Assembly: GCA_964016885.1 (NCBI GenBank)
Contig: OZ024741.1
Span: 280,364,001 to 280,428,000, forward strand
Direction: 5' to 3'
Source: Eledone cirrhosa
Lineage: Eukaryota
DNA: 64,000 bases
Shown: positions 26,578-37,979 of the stretch, piece by piece
How positions within the stretch are numbered: the stretch's first letter is position 1
Layout: each line of letters starts with the position of its first letter
Position numbers and translations under genes: made by a program
The notes under the pieces: generated by a model
Told to the model about the DNA's origin: nothing
Seen by the model: the letters and a program-made list of their open reading frames with translations, nothing else
Database searches by the model: none

Positions 26578-27216
26578 AATATAGTTTCCATTTGTTAATA
26601 TCGTATGTTTACTCCAAATACTTGTTGAGTGCTTTATATCAGTTATAAAAATATTTGCTTGTTGTATCCCAACAATTTAAATAGAACTTTTACATATATA
26701 TATATATATATATAAATTTTGCATTTTCGTGTATGCATAGTAATATATATGTGTATGTATGTACATGTACACATGAAGGAAATCATGTATTGTCAACATC
26801 TGGTGTCTTGTCCATCATCCACTGCTAATCAGTTCTCTCTCCTGTCACTTTTTACCATAGTTGGGGTATTTATATAAGTTAAAATTGACTTTTTTTTAGC
26901 CAGTTTAACTTGTACACCCTCCCCGTGAGATTTAGGCTTAAATTTAATATATCATCATCATCGTTTTACGTCAATGTCACCACGCTAGTATGGGTTAGAC
27001 TGGTTGTCCTGATGTGGGCAATGCCAGGTCAGGTGACCGTGTCTTGCTCATACAGGAGTGGTTTTGGCTTGGTTTCTACAGCTGGATGCCCTTCCTAACA
27101 CCAACCTCATTTATAGTGAGTACTGTGTGCTTTTTTAACGTGGAACCTATATATATGTATACAATGTAAATGTCCACTTGTTGACCAAGAAACCCTTGAT
27201 GCAAATTAGCTGCCAA

Positions 27217-28231
27217 AGAGAGGAGTTTAAGACTGGCTGTCCATGGGAACTTCTCTATGCTGACGATCTGGTTCTTATAGCAGAATCAGTAGAGGAGCTA
27301 GAGAATAAATTCTGGCTATGGAAACAGCAGTTGGAAGCAAGAGGACTGAGAGTGAACCTAGCTAAGACAAAAGTGTTGATGAGTAAAAAAGAGGACAAAA
27401 CTCTGATTCCGTCAGTGAAATGGCCATGTTCGATATGCAGAAAAGGAACTGGCATAAATTCTATAAAATGCACACAATGCAGATCCTGGGTACACAAGAG
27501 ATGTAGTGGGATAGCAGGCAAACTAACAAGTAGGGAGAAATACATATGCAGTAGATGTACAGGGAAATTAGACAGTAGAAGTCGCATTGATAGACACATT
27601 TTTCAAATGCAGGCGGGTGCTATAGAAGTGGTGGATAGCTTCCGGTACCTAGATCAGATTAGCATGGGAGGAGGGTGTTCTGAGGCCATAGTATCTAGAA
27701 TAAGGATGGGTTGGAAGAAGTTTAGGATGCTGCTTCCTCTGCTGACGAAGAAGGGTTTCTCCCTGCGTACGAAAGGCCGGTTATATGATGCCTGTGTGAG
27801 GAGCGCGATGGTAGTGAGACATGGGCAACAACTGCAGAGGATATGCGACGGCTGGAGAGAGAAATGAGGCAAGCATGCTCCGTTGGATGTGCAATGTCAA
27901 TGTATGTGAATGACCCAGCATGAATGTGTTGAGAGAGAAACTGTCTGAGAGGGATAGAATGTAGTGTGCGAGAGAGGAGACTGAGGTGGTATGGATATGT
28001 GATGCGCATGGAGGATGACCAAAGAAGTGCTCGGAAATGCCAGTTGAAGGAAGACGTGGTAGAGGTAGACCACGAAAAACATGGGCGGAGGTGGTGAGAA
28101 CAGACCTCAGATTGCTGAAGCTCACGGTGGAGATGACGAAGGACCGTGACAAGTGGAGAGATGCTGTGCTGAATAAGACCCATCCCACCCTTGCAAGCAG
28201 GGAAACGCGGACGTAAAATGATGATGATGAT
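27217..28231 (+). mobile_element. 5'-truncated RTE-clade LINE with PHD insert, frameshifted
   Basis: LLYADDL...GLRVNLAKTKV...PHD...FRYL, with an (ATG)n tail. Same subfamily as 478-1720. Confidence 0.92.
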
Positions 28232-28365
28232 ACACACACACAAACAAAAGAGTAGCGACGTTTTAGAATTAAAATAGAAATAGAAGTGTTACCATAACAT
28301 TGATATAGTCTAATAATTGGGTGTATAAACCTGTTCAATGGGTTTATACACCCCATTATTAGACT

Positions 28366-28546
28366 GGTGAATTGGCAGTATCGGTAGAGAGTCGGACATG
28401 CTTTCCAGCATAGTTACGTCCCATTACGTTCTGAGTTCAAATCCCACCGAGGTTAACTTTGCCTTTCATCCTTACGGGGTCGATAAAATAAAGTACCAGT
28501 AATGTACTGGGTAATTGCTGGCCTTGTGCCAAAAGTAGAAACAATT
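28366..28546 (+). mobile_element. Meta-domain-like tRNA SINE (young copy)
   Basis: Full match to the consensus, with A and B boxes. Confidence 0.88.
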
Positions 28547-28569
28547 ATATATATATATATATTATAATA

Positions 28570-28900
28570 ATAATACAAGGACAATTTGTTCGGCCTTCAT
28601 TATGTTTATTGATTAGTGACATGCGTTTCGCTATTGATCACCTCAAGGTTCAATCTGATTTGATCTGACCCAACTCTGGAATCAAAAGCTTGTCGAACCT
28701 CTGCTGTTGTAATTACAACAACAGAGGTCTGACGAGCTTTTGATTAATAGCAAAACGCACGTCACCAATCAATAAACGTAACGAAGGCCTAACAAATTGT
28801 CCTTGTATTATCATATTACTCTGTCTAGATCTACACCTCGCCACTGACGTGCACCTAAACATCAAGTGCTCACCTGAGTGAACCTACAGTAACTTCACAT
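28570..28900. mobile_element. Fold-back Penelope-like remnant with two CpG-decayed hammerheads, flanked by (TA)n
   Basis: Palindrome 28570-28811 centred on ttgtaattacaa. The + strand reads GGT-CTGACGA-GCT..AGC-AAAAC-GCAC-GTC-ACC (28726-28766). The other arm keeps GAAAC-GCAT-GTC. Confidence 0.78.
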
Positions 28901-29499
28901 TATATATATACACACACGCACACATGTAATTATAGCTACAAAGCTATACCAGTGACTCGACAGTCAGTTTTGTGCTTAATGCTCTCTACAGAACCAATTT
29001 TGAAAAGTTCATTAAATATGAAACTCTTTTGTTACTTCTCTATGCACACTCTATCTCTCTTTCACACACACTCTCACATTCAGCTATAAGTAGTAAGTAC
29101 TAGGTCATCACCATGCAGGAGTTCCAGTTGACAGCTTGTCTTAAACTCCCTTGTTATGGCCTAGATAGTTATAATAAACAGGAGGGTGCTAACAATCAAT
29201 CCTTGATGAACACCTACCTGCACATTAAATTCCTCACTTTATGGCATCTCTGTACATGGCATTCACTACTCTCACAAACTATTCAAAGGCCTTCTTCAGA
29301 TTAACAAATACAAAGTAGTGTTTGTTTATTTTAGCTAAGAACTCTTATAGTTGTCGCTTTAGGAAGAGTGCATTAATGGTACCATTCCAAACTGCATCTC
29401 ATCTATATTAATTCTCTTCCTAATCAATTATTTTAAAACTCTCTCTCTGTTGATTTGATCCAGCAGTTTGATCCCTCTGTAGTGGCATTTTTTTTTTTT

Positions 29500-30020
29500 T
29501 TAGCAGTTGTTGTTGCTGCTCCACCAGTCATTGGGTATGACACCATTCTTAACTACATGGGTGATTTTACTTGATATCTTTAGCATTTTAGTATCTGTTG
29601 CTGATATGCCTGATGCTTTCCATGCCTTCATATTCTTACTGGCTATTTCAATCATATAACTTTCATTTTCAATAGCTGGTCCCTCAGTTGGGTCTATTTG
29701 GGGTGGTCTCCCTTCCAAACATCTGTTCTCTCACTCCACTCCAACAGAATCTTCATTCATCTTCATATACTTCTTTGCATTCCAGAACACCTCACACATC
29801 TGATCCTCACATCATAGAAACTTGGCAAACTTGTTGCTTCCAGCTTCCCTCGGTGCTATGTAAACCTGACAGCTAGTTTCTCTTCTAGCAATTTAATATT
29901 GTTCTTTGCTGCTCCCTTTCTTTCAGTTTTTCCAGTCCTGTCTTTGAACATTCATGACTCTATCTACAGAACTATTCCGATTCCATGTAACCTTCTGTCT
30001 TGCTTGCACCTTACTCCAAC
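29500..30020 (-). mobile_element. Decayed RTE LINE internal fragment (region upstream of the RT)
   Basis: Peptide remnants MKAWKASGIS...MLK and GVIPNDW. Confidence 0.6.
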
Positions 30021-31480
30021 TAGAGAGCTTACCTCTTAAAGACCCATATAGCATGAAAATACATTTGCAAGACATTCTTGAAAAGTTCAAAACTGTACTA
30101 TGACTGCATCACATTAAAAATTAAAGTCTTTAAGTTTACTGCAAATTTTCATAATGACCTGTTTACTAGTAAAGATGCTGTAAACATTTGAATTAACAAA
30201 CCACATGAAATCATATTAATAAAACACTCTTGAGAAGTACAAAGCATTAATATGGCTGATTCACATTAAAAATGAAAATATTTGCTCTAATACTGCAAAT
30301 GTTCAAAACAATTTGTCCATAAGTAAAGATACTACTATAAATATTTGAATTAACAATCTTGTTTTTAGATATTTTCTGCTAAATCATAAGATGTTAATGG
30401 TTAATACTACAAATTTTCACAACAATCTGTCCACTAGTGAAGATACTATAAACATTTAAATTAACAAACTTGTTTTGAGATATTGTCTGCTAAACCATAA
30501 CAAGATGTTAATGATTAACAATGGTCTTCAGCAAGTTGTCACATAGAAGCTTACGGTTGTTTTCTATGATATAGATCTCTCTTTTTCTCACTTATCAACT
30601 AGACACTCTCAGAACCTAATGTTTATCAGAGAGATTTCCATACTTTCCTTCTCTAGATTCTCTTGTCTCTTAGTATATATCAATCTTACCCTATAGTCAC
30701 TAATTACTTGTCTATATTGAGTGGTACATTCTTCGTGGGGAAGACTTAGTATTCACAACCATCTGTCTATATACCATTTCATAGTAAGTATGAAGTTTAT
30801 TTATTTGCATGGTTGACTGATTGATAGGTGAACAAGTGGGAACATATTGGTTTCTTAGAGTTAGTGTTGCAGATGCTCATGTTATTTGTATCACAACGGT
30901 ATAACTTAGGCCTATTCATTTTATTTGTCAAAAACATTAAAAAAAAAAAAAAAAAAAAAAAAGGTTGGCCTCCGTTTTAAGTTTGATTGTTAAAGTGAAG
31001 TGTACCAGACATAAATTCATCATACCTTTTACCTCTATCTATATTATATGATTTGGCGTTACGTTGTTTTGTTAAAGTTTAACATTTAACCTGTTTATTT
31101 GCTCTACTGCTCCTTTTAGTTTTAGTTATGTCTTTCCTGATACGTTAGAAAATATGAGTACACACTTTCTTTCTGAAAGTCTTCACCTTATAAATAATGT
31201 ATTTTATTTCGTTAATTCATTTAGGATATCAACTTAGTTATACTGGAACCTACCTTAACACACACTACACCACACCACATCACATCACATTCACTACATC
31301 ATACACACCATATACACCATCCCATCACACACACACATCCGTGTGTATGGGTGATGGTTTTAATAGATCTGACTCACAGTTTGCTGTGAATGTGTAAACT
31401 GACATGTATAACAGTTGTTTTCACAACTAGAGCCTATCATAACCGTTCAACTATCACTTCATTATTAGTTACATTTGATT

Positions 31481-31668
31481 GGCGGTGAATTGGCAGTATT
31501 GGTAGAGGTCGGACGCCATGCTTTGACATATAGAGTTACGGCCCTTGCCATTCTGAGTTCAAATCCCGCCAAGGTTAACTTTGCCTTTCATCCTTACGGG
31601 GTCGATAAAATAAAGTACCAGTAATGCACTGAGTATTTGATGGCCTTGTGCCTAACGTAGAAACAATT
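31481..31668 (+). mobile_element. Meta-domain-like tRNA SINE with TSD
   Basis: Flanked by attattagtta(c/g)atttg, 17 bp with one mismatch. Confidence 0.88.
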
Positions 31669-31786
31669 ATTAGTTAGATTTGTTGACACACTCTTTCGTC
31701 ACTAATTATTATTAATCATAATTGTCGTTATCATCACCATTATCATATGAAGAAACCTCTTTACAAAATTAGTCATGACATGCAAA

Positions 31787-32218
31787 TTTTTTTTTTTTTA
31801 ATAATTATAGATATTTTTAGTTATAATTTCTAAATGTTACAATATTAAAGAAAATGTAAAGGAAGGAGTGAACAACGGAGCCAACACCAGAGCAAAATAC
31901 CCTCAAATACTCTGATCTGTCGGCCAGCTACATTTTTCAACCTGTGGCTTTCGAGAACTTTGGGGGAGTCGGGCCGCTGACTGTGAGTTTCCTCTCCTCA
32001 CTGGCGGCTCGCCTAATAGAGGTAACTGGCGAATCTCGCGAGAGCGCTTCGCTGTTTCAGCGCATTAACCTCGCCATCACCCGAGGCAACGCTGCGAGTG
32101 TGCTGGCTTGCCTCAAAAATCATTAGAGAGGTTGCCCAGTACTCCTCGCGACGCTGCTGTCTTTTGCTCTGGTGTTGGCTCGGTTGTTCACCCCTTCCTT
32201 TACATTTTCTTTAATATT
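31787..32218. mobile_element. CRE-clade (REL-endonuclease) non-LTR retrotransposon 3' end with internal inversion
   Basis: + strand encodes LKYSDLSASYIFQPVAFENFGGVGP...LFQRINLAITRGNAASV. 57-bp inverted repeat 31841-31897/32162-32218. T13 at 31787. Confidence 0.75.
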
Positions 32219-32455
32219 TAAAGAATATATCTTTCTGACAGAATCGCGAGCAATTTATAATGTTGTCTAAGCATTTGTAATGTTATTTATGTATATATTT
32301 AAAACATATTTGTTGTTATTCTACTGTCAATTTATTTATATGCTCTGTTTATATTTTCATTCTGAAAGAATTGCAAACGATTTGTAATGTTATTTATACA
32401 CCTATGAATAACATTTCTAAATTGATAACACTGAACATTATCAACAGCTGGCTTT

Positions 32456-33230
32456 TGGCAGTATCGGTAGAGGGTCGGATGCCATGCTTTGCAGCAAAGA
32501 GTTACGGCTCTTTATGATCTGAGTTCAAATCCCGCCGAGGTTAACCTTGCTTTTCATCCTTACGGGGTCGATAAAATAAAGTACCAGTAATACACTAGAA
32601 AAATTGCTGGCCTTGTGCCAAAAGTAGAAACAATTATATAATGCAATCGAAGGCTGCGAATCAGCAAACTCGTTAGAGTGTTTTGCCGTATTTATTATGG
32701 CTCTCTGCTCTCTGAGTTCAAATCCCGCTGAGGTCAACTTTGTCTTTCATCCTTTCGCGGTCGATAAAAAAACGTACCAGTTCAGTATTGGTGTCTCTTT
32801 CTCGCTTCTTCTCTCTCACTTTCTATCTTTCTTTGGAAGAAATCTGCTGTATACAGACCTGGAGAGAGACGGGCTCCGCTAGGTTTTAAAATGCCTAAGA
32901 AACGCTGTCAATACAGCACCCCTACGACTCATTTAAGAGTTACAGGACCATGCATAATGCAATCGATGGCGAATTGGTAATCGTTAGAGAGATCGGATTG
33001 AATGCTTTACTGTATTTGTTCCGACCCTCGGCGCTCTCTGAGTTCAAATGCTGCCGAGATCAACTTTGCTTTTCATCCTTTCGAGGTTGTTAAAAAAAGT
33101 ACCAGTCTAGGGCCGATTCTCTGCCACCCTCTCTCTCTCTGTAATAAATCGGATGTGCTCAGACATTGAGAGGGGATAGACTCCGCCAAGACACGCCTCA
33201 TGACTCCACCAGGAATTACGGCCCCATATA
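32456..33230 (+). mobile_element. Three tandem SINEs; two are long variants with a CT spacer and extra 3' module (module also at about 30-175, 5855-5960, 36835-36940, 62275-62400)
   Basis: B-box and central domain occur three times. Shared module ggagaga..gggctcc...ggttttaaaatgcc.agaaa.gctgt. Confidence 0.7.
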
Positions 33231-35869
33231 TACCTAATATCACCAATCTACAGAATCAACTGTTATTTTTCATAACAAAAAAAAAAATAAAAGGTTTGGA
33301 AAGAGATTATAAAAAAAACAACCTAAAGATATATCTCATTCCTTGTAATTATTATTTTATTTTTGGCATTCTTTTAAACAAAGTAGTTGTTAATGTTTAG
33401 ACTTTCTAATAGGCACATTATACAGAAGTATTCGTTGGCGACAATCCAACTTAATCTATATATAAATTTCTGTGATTCTGTCACAACACGTAAAGAGAGA
33501 GGAGTAGTTTGACTACCTCATACTACTCCTCTCTCTTTACGTCTGCTGTCTGCGTAAACGTATGTGTGTGTAAAAGGAAGGAAAGGGATGGTGAAAAAAC
33601 TACGAGGTGTGTGAGTGTATGTGTATTTGTGTGAATGTACGTGTTTGTGTGAATGCATGTCTGTCTGTGAGTGTATTTTTGTAAGTGTGTTTGCATGTTT
33701 ACATTTATACACTCATACATATAAATGTATGCACATGCATACATGTGCATATGCATACACATGCGTGTCAGCGTATGGAAAAAAATTCTAGTTCAGTGAT
33801 ATTTCTACCTATTTGGTGATGTAATCCAGGTGCAGGTGTAAATTCTCATCTAATTTTTTTTTTTTCATTTTTCCTCTTCAAAAGAGCCTAACTAGAACTT
33901 CGTTAGTGCTCTAGGGCTAGGAAAACTGTCGAAAAACTCTCACTTCTCAACTCACAACTTAAATTGATATTTTGTGTCTAATTAAACCTTTTGTGATGGT
34001 ATTTCTAATGAAATACTCTCTATTTCAATTACTTATTGAAGAATTTTGAGGGGTTTACTAAAATTATTTCATTACTAAGATAGTAACTTACCGTATACTT
34101 TTTATATAAAATTATGTCAGAAGGTTTTAAATTAAATGGTCATTAAGAATTCAATTTTAACCTATCGTCACTAGCTGGGTCTATAAAATAATTATCAGTA
34201 ATTTACTAGTCCGAGTGCCATCTCCAGTAACTATTCTAGAGAGAAACAGATGTGGTTTACAACATATAATCATCAGAAATCCAATAATTTAGAATTGTTA
34301 GTCTTGTCTAATTTATACCCGCCCCACCAATACTATCAATGACTCTGTGTGACAATGGTGACACATGTTTTATACCAAATCACCCAAGTTTTGTGATACA
34401 AAACTCCCCATTTTAAAATATTCATATTTATATTAAAAACTTTCAATCAAAAAATTTAATAAATTTTTTTTTAGGTTAATTATTTTGAAGATTTTCAAAA
34501 TTAATTCAAACAAATAGGTAGTGTATTTCATTAGATATACAGTAACAAAAGACATCATCACTATCACCCTCATCATCATTTAACAACTATTTTTCCATGC
34601 TTGCCTGATTTAAATGAGTCAGGTCAGGTAACCCACGTCTTGCTCATACAGTTTCTACAGCTGGATGCCCTTCCTAACACCAACCATGTTATAGGGTGAA
34701 CTGGGCGCTTTTTGTTGTGTTACCAGCACGGCCACCTTACAGGATGGACTGGGTGCTTTTTGTCATGTCACCAACAAGACCGCCTTACAGGGTGAACTGG
34801 GCATTTTTTCTTGTCACCAACATGACCACCTTACAAGATGGACTGAGTGCTTTTGTTGTTGTGGCACCAGATCATCACTCAGGGTGGACTTAGTGCTTTT
34901 AGTCATGGCAACAGCATTGTGTAAGGTACAACAAGCCGTACTTGACTAAGTTCTAATTTTTTGCTTTCACTCAGTGGACTTCTGTTGGTTTTGACAATGA
35001 GTGTTTCAGTTGTTCAATTAATATGAGCATGCAACTGATGAAATAATGTTTAAGTGGTGGACTATTCCAGACACATGTACCCTTAATGTAATTCTCACCC
35101 TGTGTTAGGCTGAATCTCCATGAGAAATATGTTATGGGTGCAAGTATCTGTGGAATGCTCAGCCACTTGCACATTAGTTTTGTTGATTCAATCAAGTGAA
35201 AACACAGCTTGTTTTGTCGGCACAGTATGACCAAATAGTTAAGGACTTTGCTTTGCAATCATTGTATCTTGGATTCAACTGCACTGCATGGCATCTTGGG
35301 CCAGTGTCATTTACTATAGCCATGAATCAATCCATTGCCATGTGAGTGAAATTGGGTAGATGGAAACTGGCAGCTTGTCAGGTGAACTGTACCTGTAATT
35401 CAAAGGACCAGCCTTGTCACAAACACTGTCATACTGAATCTTCCTGAGAATTACATTAAGGGTATGCATGTGTGTGTGTGGAATGCTCAGCCACTTGCAT
35501 GTTAATTTTAGGAGCAAGCTGTCCCATTGATGAAACAACTGGAACCTTCATTGTTGAAACCAATGAAGGTCCATCTCTAAATAGTCAACCAAACAACTAG
35601 ATTTGATCCATAGTTTCAACACTCCAATCTTGGTTCAAGTACAATTCTGAAATAATAAACAAACTATGAAACAAATCTGCTACTGGTCTGAACATATTAT
35701 TATTGTTACAGATTAACTTGGTTTTTAGCAGCCACTCTGTAAAGGTGATAAAATAAGTATGAACAATATACAGGATTAAATGAATCAAATAAGCCACTTT
35801 CACCTTTCAAAACAGAAACTTTAATTAGTGTCACCTCAAAGGAAGTAATTACTTTTACTACAAACTTCA

Positions 35870-36322
35870 TCATACTCTAAACGCCTTGCTTCCCTGGGCA
35901 TGGATACATTGAAGCTCCGATGTCTGGCAACTCACTTGGTAAACACCTACAAAATTATTAACCATCTTGCCAACAACAACAACCCTGAGCACCTTTTTGA
36001 CTTCCATGTGTCTACTAACACATGTGGGCATGCCTACAAAGTAGAAAACAGCATAGCTCCCATGTCTTTTGAAAACATTTTTTCATGCTCAGAGTTGCTG
36101 AAGCATGGAACAAACTACTTGCATCAGTTGTTAGCTGCTGAGGCACTGCATCTTTTAAAACCTCCCTGATTCCTGAAATTTGCCAACACTACACCTGATA
36201 TCCCCCTTCCATACACATGCACACACACGTATATCATGACTCATACACTGTTCACTTTCCTGACAATTGTACATTATTCTATGTACTATACATGCACTTG
36301 AGCACTGTACACAATCATTTCA
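35870..36322 (+). mobile_element. CR1/L2-like LINE 3' fragment
   Basis: YSKRLASLGMDTLKLR...TYKII...TCGHAYK...RVAEAWNKL. Confidence 0.75.
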
Positions 36323-36394
36323 TCAAAACCGTCTAACCCATGCTAATGTGGAAGATGGATGTTAAACAATGATGATGATTGTTTGTTTTGACTA

Positions 36395-36730
36395 CAGTGT
36401 AACCTTGCTTCACGAGCACCTTGCATCATGAACAAATCAGTTCACGAACAATTTTTCCGAACATAAAATGTCTGTTGACAAATGGTGCCTTAAGTAACAA
36501 ACATGCAAGCCAGCAACATTGGTTGGCAACAAACTTGGAATACCAACAGGAAAGCATCACTTGTTGTGTTATTAGTTTCTATTGTAATATCTATGTCTTT
36601 CACACACAGTCTCTCTCTCTCTGTATTTCCCTCTTAACATTTTGTATAGAAAAATAGTTTCGGTTTACGAACATTTCAGGTGATGAATGGCCTTCAGGAG
36701 TGAATTAAGTTCATGAACTGAGGTTCCACG
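36395..36730. mobile_element. Tc1/mariner-pogo (Tigger-like) MITE
   Basis: TA-cagtgtaaccttgcttcacga ... ttcatgaactgaggttccacg-TA: degenerate TIRs with TA flanks. Confidence 0.6.
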
Positions 36731-37102
36731 TACTTTGGAATATTAGCATGGTTGGGGGTTCAATCTAAAGTCAAAATAGACAACGTTCAATCTTTTCATT
36801 ACCATATTTTCCATGAAATATATTGAATGTATGTTTGGACCTGTAACTCCTGATGGGGTCATAGGGGCGGCATAATACAACATTTCTGGGGTATTTAAAA
36901 CCTTGTGGAGCCCATCTCCTCTCCAGGCTTATATTGAATGAGTTTCACTTACTGTTGAAAATAACCAAGAATTTGTAGGGTTTTAATAAAATAACTTCAT
37001 TAGGTTGATGTTTAGAACATAATAAAATATATCTATCTATCCCAACTGCTAAGTCATTCAAGCATAAGTTTTCATATAAAATTATAATAGAAGCTTTTAT
37101 AA

Positions 37103-37304
37103 TGCCAGGAAATCCCAGTGGAAGGAAGCCATATTAGAGATAGACCAAGAAAGACCTTGGCAGAAGTGGTGAGAGCTGACTTCAAATTGCTAAGACTCAT
37201 AGATGAGATGACAAAGGAATGTGGTGAGGGGAGAGATGTTGTGTTGAGAAGGACCTATCCAACCCATGCAAGCGTAGAAAAACAGATGTAAAAACGATGA
37301 TGAT
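37103..37304 (+). mobile_element. RTE LINE extreme 3' fragment; another at 49495-49700 (-)
   Basis: Homologous to 28040-28231. Confidence 0.7.
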
Positions 37305-37739
37305 ATGCTTTAATCCTTTTACTGTCATATTTCTAATGAAATACATCATATTTCACTAATTAAGGAAGAATTTGGAGGCATTTACTAAAATTATTATTTC
37401 ATTATTAAGATGGTGCTTGTAATATAACTTATCAAAAGGTTTTTATATCAAATTATGATGAAAGATTATGATTTAAATAGGAACTCTTTACAATGGATGG
37501 TTTTGGTTTCATAGAAACAAAGCTGGTTTTGGGTGGGTTGGTATTAGAAGGGTTAAAATGGACAGTTTTATCAGAGAATCAGTCAGTTTTGTGTGGGTTG
37601 GTGTTAGAAGGATCAAAACTTCAGTGATCAGCTTTACTGTCAACAAATTTTAATTCTATTCAGTAATGTTGCTCCTAGCCAACTCCTCTTGTAGATACAA
37701 CTTCTAATGGAATGGTCTTCACTCTGCATGATACCTTGG

Positions 37740-37979
37740 TTAACCCTTTTGATATCAACCCGGCTAAAACCGGCCATGGTTCTATGAAAAAAACCCACCC
37801 ATTTCAAACTATTACTTTATAAATTTATATCTTCCAACATGATATTATACAAGAACCATATGTTAAGTTATTATATTAGAAATGAAATAATTAATTATTT
37901 GAGTAAATCTTTCAAAATTCTGCATTAATTAATTGAAAGAGAGTATATTGCTTTATAAATATGGTCATAAAAGGGTTAA
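37740..37979. mobile_element. TTAA-flanked piggyBac-like MITE, family 1; relatives at 10608-10802, 37310-37556, 38236-38435, 62595-62830, 63026-63286
   Basis: TTAA-CCCTTT ... AAAGGG-TTAA ends and a shared AT-rich interior. Confidence 0.65.

Larger units (their letters stand above)
26164..26693. mobile_element. 530-bp near-perfect palindrome (fold-back, Penelope-like) inserted in (TA)n
   Basis: Arms 26164-26426 and 26445-26693 are reverse complements except for one substitution and a 14-bp duplication in the left arm. The spacer is 18 nt. Confidence 0.9.

Noticed and set aside
28366-28460. tRNA genes at the A/B-box motifs
   Set aside because: They do not form a cloverleaf and always continue into the SINE body, so they are SINE heads.
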